Shown in pieces: positions 1 through 11,153 of a DNA stretch of 64,000 nt (position 1 is the stretch's first letter; each line of letters starts with the position of its first letter). A program made the translations under genes and the position numbers. Source of the stretch: Hypanus sabinus. Lineage: Eukaryota. The DNA lies in assembly GCF_030144855.1 (NCBI RefSeq), contig NW_026780455.1, forward strand, positions 124,001 through 188,000, read 5' to 3'. The notes below the pieces were generated by a model, which saw nothing but the letters and a program-made list of their open reading frames with translations, was not told the origin of the DNA and did no database searches.

Positions 1-111
1 TTTAAACCTCGGTTCGCCACTTTGCTCGAAGCTGCCCAGAACCGCTTCACTCTGCAGCTCAGCAGCTGCGAGGAGACGGACTCGGCGACCGACTTCTGCG
101 CGGCGAGGCTC
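1..111 (+). pseudogene. 3' part of a TCR (alpha/delta-like) V exon, window-truncated
   Basis: Frame 1 reads FKPRFATLLEAAQNRFTLQLSSCEETDSATDFCAARL, i.e. V-domain FR3 with D-x-A-x-[Y>D]-F-C. It aligns codon for codon with the V at 56,955-57,251 (-). Confidence 0.85.
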
Positions 112-150
112 GGCGGCGGCGCACATCTACGGCCGCCTCAGACTAAAACC
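112..150 (+). other. Degenerate 23-bp-spacer recombination signal sequence (RSS)
   Basis: Nonamer ACTAAAACC (142-150) and a 23-nt spacer nearly identical to that of the 56.9 kb copy. The heptamer position (112-118) reads GGCGGCG instead of CACAGTG. Confidence 0.7.
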
Positions 151-455
151 TGCCAGTGATTCGGAGAACAGTCAGCCCATCGAAGCCCCTTGCCACCCGC
201 TTCCGCTGCGTCCGTCGAACTCGCCTCCAAGAATTTTTTTACTATCCGTCTCCCCGCTCACGCACGTCCTTCCACAGTTCATGTGCATGAAACGCTCCCA
301 GCACAAAGTTGAATCCTTCATCAAGGTCCTCCGCCGTCAGTGTTATCAAATCCCTATTACAGGTGGTCCCACAATACTGGGTACGGATTGACTAACTTTC
401 AGGGATTGGACAATTCATGCCTATTCATTCATTGATTTAGACAAGTATTGTTGTT

Positions 456-671
456 NNNNNNNNNNNNNNNNNNNNNNNNNNNNNNNNNNNNNNNNNNNNN
501 NNNNNNNNNNNNNNNNNNNNNNNNNNNNNNNNNNNNNNNNNNNNNNNNNNNNNNNNNNNNNNNNNNNNNNNNNNNNNNNNNNNNNNNNNNNNNNNNNNNN
601 NNNNNNNNNNNNNNNNNNNNNNNNNNNNNNNNNNNNNNNNNNNNNNNNNNNNNNNNNNNNNNNNNNNNNNN
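456..671. other. Assembly gap (216 N)
   Basis: Run of N. Confidence 1.
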
Positions 672-926
672 TTCGAGCAGAATTCGCCTATTTGGTCCAC
701 CGAGTCAATTACGTCATTTCATCATGTTTGATCTAATTTCCTGTTTTCAGCCCCAGTCTGCCGCTTCCTCCCCTTATCTCCTCATGCGCAAATCAAGAAT
801 CTATCACCAGTTGCCTTAAATAATTCAAAAGATTTGCCACTCTCTGTCTGAAGTTAATTCCTCCTCACCTCCATTCTAAAAGGACGCCCTTCTACTTCGA
901 CACTGTGTTCCCGGTCTAAGATTTCA

Positions 927-1241
927 GTGGTCTGCGGGAAGATACAAACTTGTTACAATCAGCGGCTTTACCTGATGTACCTGATCCCTCCCCCCCAACC
1001 CCCTTCTACTCTCTTGATTCACAATGTCACCCTTCCTTCATCTTTTTTCCCCTTATGCTTTTATCTCCCTCTCCTGTCTCCAACTTACCGCCGTCCACCT
1101 CATCTCATTCATAAACCCGTCTTTCACATCCATTTGCAGTCCCGATCCTTCAGCGTTTCCTCTCTGAGCTCAAACACGGCCCTTGTATGTATGGAACCTG
1201 GCAAACAATCTACCTTCGACCTTTATAATTTTACAAGCCCG
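927..1241 (+). repeat. Unclassified ~320 bp element, inverted homologue of 62,410-62,760
   Basis: Its reverse complement aligns with 62,410-62,760 (shared gtttgagctcagagaggaaac.ctg..ggatcgggac; ggatgtgaaag...gtttatgaatg.gatgagg.ggacggcggtaagt). Confidence 0.75.
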
Positions 1242-1472
1242 NNNNNNNNNNNNNNNNNNNNNNNNNNNNNNNNNNNNNNNNNNNNNNNNNNNNNNNNNNN
1301 NNNNNNNNNNNNNNNNNNNNNNNNNNNNNNNNNNNNNNNNNNNNNNNNNNNNNNNNNNNNNNNNNNNNNNNNNNNNNNNNNNNNNNNNNNNNNNNNNNNN
1401 NNNNNNNNNNNNNNNNNNNNNNNNNNNNNNNNNNNNNNNNNNNNNNNNNNNNNNNNNNNNNNNNNNNNNNNN
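1242..1472. other. Assembly gap (231 N)
   Basis: Run of N. Confidence 1.
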
Positions 1473-1479
1473 ATTCCAC

Positions 1480-2330
1480 TCTAATTCTCCTCATTCCACT
1501 GAAATACTGCTGAGTCGGACTATATTTTTCCGTACCATTTTTCAAATTGAACTCAACTATATTTTGATTACTGCATTCTAAAGGATCGTGTACCTTAAAC
1601 TCCATAATCATTTCCGATTCATTTCATTGCACACAATCCAGTATAGATCATCCACCAGTCGGCTTTAGGACAAACTGCACAAATACTAGCCAAACCCAAT
1701 CGAGCTGCATGTAGAAAGATCCCATGACTATAATGCATTACCCTTTAGGCACACATTTTTCCAGTAGCAATCAGTGGTCTGTATTGCAGCAACTGTCGGG
1801 AGGCCAGTCTACCTCATACACCTGTTACCCCCGTAGATTCAGCTATTTTCAGGCCAAATAACGGAATGGGATTTGACAGCAGAGCGATGGTTGTTGGCAG
1901 ACAGGGTGATATGATTTTCTCAGAAATAGAAATAATTTTTTCAGGAAGAATAGATCCCAGAAATTAATGTAAGCGTCGTGAGATATTAAATGAGGTTAAA
2001 TTAGATGAGTGGTGAACTTATACAGCTGTATAAGATGATGAGACGCATTTATCATTTGGATAATCAGAGGCTTTATCCAAGCCATTGGGCACAGCTTTAA
2101 GCTGCTGGAAGGAGGTGCCGTGAGAAGTCAGGTTACGTTTTTTTTTTACACGCGAAGATTTGTGAGTGCGTGGAAAGGGCTGACGTTGTCGGTGGTGATC
2201 GTGGATACGATAAGGTATTTTAAGAGACTCCTGGCTAGTCATGCGGAGCTTAAACAAATAGAGATCAATAGGTAACACGAGGTAATTTATAATGTACGTA
2301 AGTATTCGGCACAACATTGACGTTCGAATT
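1480..2330. mobile_element. CR1 LINE fragments (endonuclease part on -, 3' end on +)
   Basis: Homologous to 42,060-42,220 and 44,700-45,200, where CR1 APE and 3'-end motifs are recognisable. Approximate bounds. Confidence 0.65.
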
Positions 2331-2724
2331 TTCCGTATTGTGTTGAAGATTTTCTATGTTTACATATTGGCTAACTGATCTTTTCTGCTTGTAAAATGAG
2401 CATATGTTTCCATTTTCCTCATAGGCACAAATCTGTCTCGGCTTCTTTGAAAGGCCACTTATCCTTGTGCCTCGAATTCCACACCAGGAAGTGCATTGCA
2501 TGTGCCCACTACTCCCTTTGTAAAAGGCTTGCCCTTTAGAGTGAATTTCAAACTACCGCACGAAAATTGCCCGGCACTTTGTGTACGTGTTTAATCAAAT
2601 GCTTTTTTGTGTGTCATTTGCAAGAATATTAATCAGCCTATTGTAATTAAATATGGAGAGTTCTTTATGCGTTGTGATTAAATTGCGATTTCTGGGTTCC
2701 AACATAAACTCAATGCATTATAAT

Positions 2725-2738
2725 CTGTCACCTGGTGG
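2725..2738 (-). promoter_or_regulatory. CTCF-like motif
   Basis: Minus strand CCACCAGGTGACAG; the paralogous position 45,645-45,658 reads CCAGCAGGTGGCAG. Confidence 0.45.
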
Positions 2739-3214
2739 GGGCATACAAATCTACACTTTTCTGTTTGCAGGTGAGTGAATCAAACAACACAGTTACCGAA
2801 TTACATGTCCACGAACAGGTGCTTCGACCAATTTGAACATTTTTATAATAGCATAAACCATCTTTTGTTCTCTCCATTTTCCGGATATTTTTAAAATATT
2901 TCCTATCTATTATTTCAGTAACGTTCGACACAGAACTGTACACAGTTGTCATTTCTCCGGCCGCATTTCCAACTGGACTTTTACCAAGCTCCCTCAGCAT
3001 GGGTAACTCCATCACGTCTGTGTCGTCTGCAAGAGTACTTCTGAGTCAAGCCCATTATCATCTAAGTCAAACGCCAGAACATTCCCAACAAGTGTCCCAT
3101 GCAGAATTGTTGCCCTCCACCACTGCCCTCTGTACGCTATTTGAAGCCGTGCAACTCAGTCTCATGTCTCACCCTATCGGAACCAGTCCTTCTCAAAAGT
3201 CTTACTTCCAGTCT

Positions 3215-3320
3215 AATCCCAACGTCCGGCCCTATGTGTTTGGTCAGTGGAGGGAATCAGGACTACGCCATGGACACCCAGGCGGTCACGCTTCACAGAC
3301 AGCGGCGGGAAATGAGTAGA
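3215..3320 (-). mobile_element. HE1-type SINE fragment
   Basis: ggaatcagga...ggacacccaggcggtcacg...acagacagcggcgggaa matches the elasmobranch HE1 SINE body as I recall it; paralogous copies at 35.3 and 47.4 kb. Confidence 0.65.
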
Positions 3321-4017
3321 ACGTCGGATAATCAAATGGAGAAGGAGAAAGGCCAAGCTACGAGTGAATGAATGAATAAATAAATAAATAGACATCATGT
3401 GCCCATTCTTCAGCAATCTCAACTCAATCCAATTCGAAAGGAAGGACCACAACTGCAGAAATGTCCATGGATCTGTTTAATTCCACAAATTTTGCGATGG
3501 GGATTGCTGCTAGCGATGCACGATTGGACGTTCAGCTTTACGAGTGCTAGTTATTAGTTTATTCTCGAGGGAGTGGACAGACCTGCAAAGGACTCCGTTA
3601 CAAGCGGAGACTTGCAGTCTTTTCACGATAACCAGTGTCACTCAGCGTTTCAAAGGCAAAGGCTCTGGCAGCCAATAGCCCTCGCCAGAGGGAAGAGATG
3701 TCGCTACATCGAGCGTACCTGAGCAGGCATTCGGGATGTATGGAATACCGGTAGGGCACACCAGTTGTAATGCAATGGTAATGTCAATGCTTCGCATGCA
3801 AATAATGGTAGAATCACACAATTGGTGGTACTGAGGGAGACATTACAATGAACCCGTGATGAAAGTAAACAGGAAGGAGCAGAATGGAGGCAGACTGGGG
3901 ATCCTGTGGCTGCACAGAGGGGTGGAGGGCGGGAGCTATTCAGGGAGGTCCACAGCGACAATGGAACTGCAGATGCCACTGACGAACAAGGATATTTACG
4001 GCGGTATGGGAGAAGCG

Positions 4018-4943
4018 TCAATGAGGATTAATACTCTCCTGACAACGCAAAATGAACTTTGCCATTAGTCGGAAGGGTGATTTCACCGTCTCCTTCAGCT
4101 GCTCCCTGAACCTGGCCTGGACCACGGCGTAAAGGGCCGTGTTGGTGCAGCAGCTCAGCGGTTGCAGCATGTAGCCCAGCTCCCGCAGAAATTTCGGGGG
4201 TATCAGTAAAACGGAAAGACTGAGGATCTCCCATACGGAATACACCGTCAGCAGCGCCCACAGCAGGATGAAATTCCCCGACATCGCCAGCAGTAACAGA
4301 AGGGATTGCCTGCGGTTCTTCATCTCCGGGTCCGCGGGCGTCTCTCCATCGCGAGAACCATGGAGTCTCCTCCGGGCTCGGCTGGCCACTAAGACGTGCC
4401 TGATGGTTAAAATGTTTAACAGCAAAATCAGGATAAAGGGTAATATAGGGGTGAAGACGAAATGAATCGCCAGAAATGTTGCCAGCTGAGGTGGGGATAA
4501 TAAACGGTAACTGCCATAACACACCAGGGACGTACTTAATACCGTATATGACCCTTCGAGCAAAAAGTACCAGAATATGTTCTTTACGCAGCTCAGCAAA
4601 GTCACTGTCCCCAGAACCGCAGCCGCCGCTCTCCTGGTGCAGTATTTTCGTTTCAGTTTCTGAAAACAAATGGCGACAAATCGATCAAAGGTGAAAGTGA
4701 CTGTGAACCAGACACAACAGTCTGTGGCGGCGTAGAGCACAACGGCGTGGATATTGCACACAGGAACGCGATGCGACCAGAGGAAAACCTCTTCTGGAAT
4801 GTAAGCCACTGGAATCTTGTTCAAAACCAGATCAAACAGAACGACGAGCTGATCCGCTGCTACCATGGCAACCAGGTACCGTGTGACGCCTTTGGAGAGA
4901 CCGCACTTCCCCCTCGAAAGGATAACTAATGTCACCACGTTCA
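4018..4943 (-). CDS. GPR139-like GPCR paralogue 1, exon 2 (TM1 end to C-terminus)
   Basis: Acceptor ctccgtacag|TG at 4,943. Motifs VILSRGKCGLS, YLVAMVAAD (D2.50), FDRFVAIC (DRY), ECL2 Cys and CCTNTALY (NPxxY equivalent). Stop TGA at 4,018-4,020. Joined to exon 1 it gives 365 aa with no stops. Confidence 0.93.
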
Positions 4944-5159
4944 CTGTACGGAGAGAAATGAAGACCATTAACACTCATTTTGAAGGAAACATTGTATTAC
5001 TTTTATGGACAACACTTCCGACTGCAGAGGTGAATATGGAATTAATATTTCTGCTGAGGAGTTTATCGGGAGCCATTACTAAATCGATAGTGTATATAAT
5101 CTTCTTGCTGAAGTTCAGAAGAATAAGGAGAACCTCACTGAAATATGCCGAATATTGAA

Positions 5160-8020
5160 AGGCCGAGATATCGTGGACTTAGAGAAGTAGCTTCTGTAGT
5201 TGGGGAGTCTGCAGTTGAAGACGATATTTCACAATAGAACGACATCCTTTTGGATCAGAGATGGGAGCAATTTCCTTACACAAAGACTGGTGAATGTGTG
5301 GAATTATTCGCTACAGACGGCTACGAGGGTCGGTTCATTGGAACCTTTTTCAGCGGAGAGTGATTGGCTCTTGATTCGTCGGGGTGTCAGTGGATACGGA
5401 GAGTGGTCGCCAGAATGCGGTTCAGAGGGATGATAAATCAGCAATGATGGAGAAGCCTCGGTTCTCGAATGGCTATATTCAGCTGCCGTGTCCTGTGGGC
5501 TAATCAGGGACATTAATGAATTGCTGGAATGTATGCTGATCTTTGCCGTCAGAAAGAGGAATTGAGACCGATAGGGTTCAAGAGAATAATAAAGTGATTA
5601 ATATGCCATGAATCACGGTAATAGAATTTCAGGTCCCCTCAGCTGTAAACAGGAGAGAAAAAGAAAACATAAGAAGATTAGCAATAGTATCAGGAATAGT
5701 CCATCTTTTCGAGCAGGCATAATCTGGCAATGAAACTGATCACGGCGGATCCAGAAACAGAAATACAGAAAATCTACAGCACAATGCAGGCTACTCGGCC
5801 GACAAATTTGTGCCGAACATGTCCCCAACTGAGGAATGACGAGGCTGACCCACAGCCCTCTATTATTCTAACCTCAAAATAACCATCCAAAATTCTCGTC
5901 AAAGACCCTCTCGCGTCCCCCTCCACCACCGTAGACAGACAGCACATTCAACATACTCACAACTCTCTGCATTACAAAAATCCCCATGACATCTCCTCTG
6001 TACGTGCAACCAAGCACTTTACCTCTCAGCTCCTAAAACAAATTCAACTATTCATGACGGTGAATACACCATGTGCCTTCTTAACTACAAAGTCAGCATT
6101 GGCAGCTGCTTTGAGTGCCCTATAGACTCGAACCCCAAGATCCCTCTGATCCTCCATACTACAAAGAGTCTTACCATTAACACTATAATCTGCAATAATT
6201 TGATAAGGCTCTTTGGGTCTGGATCTGGGTTGATATCCATCTGCCATTTCTCTGTCCAGTTTTGCATCTTATCAATGTCTCGCTGTTACCTCTGTCAGCC
6301 CTCCACACTATCCACAACACCTCCAATCTTGGTGACACCAGCAAATGTACTAATCCGTCCCTTCAATTCCTCATCCAGGACATTTACAAAATCATGAAGT
6401 GTACGGTGTCCACAATAGATCACTGAGGCACACAATTTGTCACCGACCTCCATGCAGAATATGACCTGTCTAGAACCAATCTTCGGTAGGAGGCCATGTG
6501 CTAGAGTCACTAAGCAATGTCCCATTGGATCCCATGTCTCTTTACTTGCTCAATAATCCTTGCATGGGATACCTTATGAAATGATTTACTGAAATCCATA
6601 CGCTCTACATCTGCTCTTCCTTCATCATTGTGTTTCGTCACATCCGCAAAAAATAAAATAAAATCAGGTTCGTAAGGCACGATCTGCCCTTGCCAATGCA
6701 AAGCTGACTACTCCTAATCATATTAATCTTCTCTAAATTTAGCATAAATATTGCCTCTCAAGATCCTCTCCAACAATTTACCAACCACTGATCACGCCTA
6801 CATACTATTTCCCCGTAGCCCTTAATTCTTCTAATATGCAAAGACCAGTGCCAACCATTCTTAAATATACTTATTCAGGTAGCCTCCACTGTTTCTTTTG
6901 AGCAGATAATTCCACAGATTCACTGCCCTCTGAGGAAGAAGTTCATCCTCATCACGGTCCTAAATCCACATGCTGTTTCCCGTTGATTTGTCTCACCAAC
7001 CAGTGGAAACCACTTTGCTGCCACAGTCGGATCTACCCTTTCCGTAATTTTATATGTTCGCAGAAGATTTCCTCTAATCTTTCAACTTTGCCCCTGATAT
7101 TCCAACCACCTCATCTCTGGAATCAGCTGGTGAACCGTCTACACAGACAATTTATCAATCCTCAAGTCGGGAGACCAGAACTGCACAGAACTCCGGATGC
7201 CACCTCACCAGTACCTTGTGCAGTTGCAGCATAGTCTCCCTGCTCTTAAATTCAATCCCTCTGGCAACAAAGACGTACTTCCCATTTGCTGGGCTTTTGC
7301 ACCTGCAAACCAATCTTTTATAATTCAAGCACAAGCACTCCAAAGTGCCTCCGCACAACAGCATACTGCAATCGTTTACTATTTAAATAATATTCTCTTC
7401 TTCCATTTGCCCTTCCCAAGTGGATGACCTCGCATTTACTAACTTTTCACTCAGTCTTCCAGACGGTGGCACTTTCGCTGAACATATTAATATGCCTCTG
7501 CACTCTTTGTCTAATGGCAGTGATGACCACGTGGCCTCATGCTTTTAACTGGTGAGACGTCGGAGCTACTTATTTATTTGTTTAACTAATTCCGTTAATA
7601 CTATATTCTACTATCATAATTGACCTACCAAAATGAGCGAACTCACACTTAACTGTGTTGTACTGCATTTGTCTCGTCTTAGGGCAGATTTGCATCCTAT
7701 CAATATCCCGCTGTAACCTCTGGCCGACCTCCAGAATATCCACAACATCTCCAACCTTTGTGTAATCAGAAAAGTTACTAACCCATCGCTCCATTTCCTC
7801 CCCAGGTCATTTTTAAAAATCACGAATAGTAGGGGTGCCAGGACGGATCCCTGAAGCACACGACTGGTCAACGACCTCAAAGCAGAATATGACCGTCTAC
7901 AACAACATTTTTCCTTCTGTGGGCAAGACGTGTCTGGATCCACATAGCAATGTGCCCTAGGATCACGTGCCTCCTTACTTTCCCAATAAAAATTGCATGG
8001 GGTACCTTACCAAATACAGT
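5160..8020. mobile_element. Mosaic of CR1 RT/3' fragments in the intron of paralogue 1
   Basis: Frame-broken RT motifs (SRVLQGSVLAPLLFVIF, FAGVTKIGGVVDSVEG, MDFSKSFHKVSH). Parts are shared with the introns of the other paralogues. Confidence 0.75.
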
Positions 8021-8154
8021 CAGCCGATGATTGCTGTAGCGATACCCGTTGGAAAGACCAGCCGTGCAATAAGCGAGTCTTTAATAGACAAGTATGGAAG
8101 AGAAGCTGACATATATAGTTCTACGTAATCATGAGGAAGAGACAAGACAGTTAC

Positions 8155-8326
8155 CAGGAAGAGCAACAATGGCGAGGATAGGGTAGTAAACCAGTTGGAA
8201 TGTCCCCAGCGCCATAGCGATTCGATACTCCAACTTCAGGCTATTGAGAAAATATTGCGCCGTCCAGAAAATATTCTTCACATTTCCCGTAGCATTGCGC
8301 GATATATTTTGAAGATTATGATCCAT
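8155..8326 (-). CDS. GPR139-like paralogue 1, exon 1 (N-terminus and TM1)
   Basis: ATG at 8,326, MDHNLQNISRNATG...YYPILAIVALP G|gtaact. The phase-1 donor at 8,154 matches the exon 2 acceptor. Two N-glycosylation sequons. Confidence 0.9.
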
Positions 8327-8439
8327 TGCTGAGAGAGTCCAGACTCCTGTTCGCGACCCAGACTCTGTCTTCTCTCTCTCTGAAGCCGCTGATCTCTGAT
8401 CGCGTAGACTGCCGGTTCTCACCGAAACTGTCGTGTGAG

Positions 8440-8720
8440 GGATTCTGTACATACTAATAGTACAGCCAACCAGATTGACGTCGTCACTCCCCACGGATAC
8501 TCCCATAATTTGTTTATTTGTTCTGACACGTGCAGTGAACCCTTTTTGTTTTCATACCGTCAGAGAAGCAGTGCAGACGCAGATTGGAAGTGTATCTAAT
8601 AATCCCAGCCGTCGGCCGTCCACGGATATGTGCCGTTTCTGTAAATGGACACACAATTGAAAATTATTGGCACACAGTTAGACAGTGATATACAACCAGT
8701 CTAGAAAGGAAGGCACACGC
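8440..8720 (-). promoter_or_regulatory. Conserved upstream block of the GPCR first exon
   Basis: The same block recurs upstream of all six first-exon cassettes (about 23.7, 28.4, 31.0, 51.6 and 54.1 kb). Confidence 0.6.
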
Positions 8721-8999
8721 AGAAAATACTAATTAAAATTATATAAACAAGAATGATGATATAAATAGATTTAAAATAATTTTTGCATAGATAGTTCTTA
8801 ACAATTATAGATGCATAGGTAGTTTGAAAATGATATCGAGTTGGATAATGGTAAAATAATGATTTTCAGAAAAAGAGTTTAGCCAAGCGACAAATCGGGT
8901 CTTCGGGTGATTTCGGAGGAGAGGAGATTAATCGGCACGGGCATAAAAGGTGACAGCGGGTGAAAATGCAGCTTTGGCCAGAGACCAGGTGGCTTTTCT

Positions 9000-9400
9000 C
9001 GTTTGTTTGCAGAGGCAACTGCAGTATCCACCGTCTGAATGGACCGTCAAGCAGGTGATCTTCAGGCTTCTGCTCGCGGAGGCGTCAGCTCAATGAGTCT
9101 TTAGTCAAAGCAGGCAAATAGAAGAAAACTCTTGGCTATGAGCTTTTTATTTCCTTCCCTTCTTTATATCTGATCAGATTGGATAACAGAGATGCCAGAC
9201 AGGATGGTTGAATGCTCCTGTTGCGGAATCTGGGATGGCATAGACAACTTTAGTTACCCTGGCGACGATATCCGCGAGAGCTGCGTTCAGCTGCAGCTTC
9301 AGACAATCCGCGTTAAAGAGCTGGATGTGGAACTGGACGAGATCCAGATCATTCGTGAGGCTGAACTGACGATAGACAGGACAGACAGTGAGAACAAACA
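9000..9400 (+). mobile_element. CR1 5'UTR and ORF1 start, divergent from GPCR exon 1
   Basis: MPDRMVECSCCGIWD...CVQLQLQTIRVKELDVELDE, a Cys-rich then coiled-coil ORF1 start; homologues at 24.2-24.8 kb and 27.8-28.1 kb. Confidence 0.7.
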
Positions 9401-9439
9401 ACTCACTTCATCCAGATGTATTATAGTTAGGCTTTAAGG

Positions 9440-10010
9440 TGTATGAACATATCAAGGGAAATTTTGAAGTCAAGTGGGCTGTTCATTGATCTTACCTCAG
9501 CGGGATGGAGTCTTTTTTTTTGAGCCTACACATGAATAAAGAAGATCGTTCGTAATGGGAGCGGGTCTTCATTTATTTAGACGGCTTAAACGATGTCATC
9601 AGAGTTCGTGGAGGGGAGATTATTTAGCACCACGGATGATGCTGATATTACCCTGCCAACCACCGCATGGAAGACTGTACTGGAGACAACAGACTGGTGG
9701 AACATGACGAAAGAATTGAATGGACACTCCAAAGGACCTGAGCCTCGTCTTGAAATATAGGTGAATCTGGCCCTTCTTGTACACAGTCTCTGTGCTGGGG
9801 CTGCACTCAAGTCTGTCATCCAGGTGCACCCCCAGCTACTTATAGGTACTCATCACATCAACGTCCCCACAATCAATAGTAAGGAGGAGCAGGCCATCCT
9901 TCGTCATCCTGAAGTCCACCCTATCTCCTTTGTCTTACTGATGCCAAGCGGCAGATGGTTCAGCTTGCTTCAGTTCACAATGTCTTCCACCAGCACCCTG
10001 TATTCGCCCT
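9440..10010 (-). mobile_element. Rex1/Babar-like LINE RT C-terminal fragment
   Basis: HLDDRLE...TETVYKKGQIHLYFKTRLRSFGV and FHQSVVSSTVFHAVV in adjacent frames. Confidence 0.65.
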
Positions 10011-10399
10011 CCCTTCATCCATTTAAACACCCAAATATTACAGAGTCAGCAGATCATTTCTGCAGATGACATGAGTTATTGTTCTATCTGAAGTTAGAGG
10101 GTATACAGAGTAAAGAGGAAGCCAGTATAGATCCCTGAGGGCACATAGTGCCACTTATAGCCTTGTATAAAGCACAGCTCTGAAGCGGCACAGACTGTAA
10201 TCTGCCAGTCAGGGAGTCCATTATCCAGGATACAATATATCCGGGTAAGATGTTTTTTTATGAATCAGTAAGCCGTTGCTGAGGATTTACAGAGCCGTGC
10301 AGAACTTATTTAGCCTCCTGAAGAACTAGAAGTTTTGGTCAGCGATCTTGCTCAGACGTCAATGTGCCGGACCAACCCAGGTCTACTCGCGATGTTCAC

Positions 10400-11060
10400 A
10401 TGTACATACTTGATTTAGGTACCATTGACCTGAACAGGAGCTTGTGGATGGGCTCCGACATTCCTGAAGTCAATATCTAGCTCTTATGTGCTGCCGCCAC
10501 TGAAGGAAATCTGAACTATTCATGGAAGATGCAAAGTTACAACGGGAAATCCTACAAAAGTACTGGATTTGACCCAGTGCACTCCGGGTTAAGCCCTCAC
10601 CACCATTCAGCGCATCTGCACTGAGCGCTGTCGCTCCAAATAGCATCCAGCATGAAGGAGTCCCAGTTCCCAGGACATGAACTCTTTTCGCTATTGCCGT
10701 CATGTAGAAGGGCCAGGAGTCCCCATGTCACTCACTACCAGTTTTGAGAACAGTTGTTACGGACGCGATTATCACGCTCTTGAACTCGGGGTACGAACCG
10801 CACTCAATTTCACCCGGTGGATCACTAAACTGTTCCCACAGCCTATGGATGCATATTAATACACTCTTCATCTCCTTCTCGATATTTATTGCGTATTGAC
10901 TTGTTATTACTATTTTTATTGATTTCCAAATTTCATCTTTTCCATATTGTTGTTTTGTGTGTTTTTGAACGTCTTATTCGCTGCTGTCTTTCATTCAATC
11001 TACAGCGTTCCTTCTATTAAATATGCATGCCCACAAGAAATCGCACCTCATTCATTTTTG
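10400..11060 (+). mobile_element. LINE (Rex/Babar or L2-like) 3' fragment
   Basis: ccaggacatgaactcttttcgctattgccgtca...accagttttgagaacagttgttac encodes a decayed HPGHxLFSLLPS...TxFxNSxY motif, followed by an AT-rich 3'UTR. Confidence 0.55.
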
Positions 11061-11153
11061 TTTCTGGTGGCATAAACCCACTCCCACAATGCATTAACTT
11101 TGAACATTGAAAACGTAACTTTTGTAGTGTCTTGCTTTAGATACGCCTAGCGG

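Noticed and set aside
437-1611. ORFs made largely of X, here and at 17,902-18,190
   Set aside because: They are open only because they span N-gaps, and the flanks show no coding signal, unlike the gaps at 26,142 and 38,119.
4028-4669. 213-aa same-strand alternative-frame ORF, similar ORFs at 19,327-19,521 and 48,334-48,792, and the recurring 65-aa antisense ORF (MKFPDI...)
   Set aside because: Shadow frames of GC-rich GPCR exon 2. Their recurrence follows from paralogy, and lengths and stops vary between copies.
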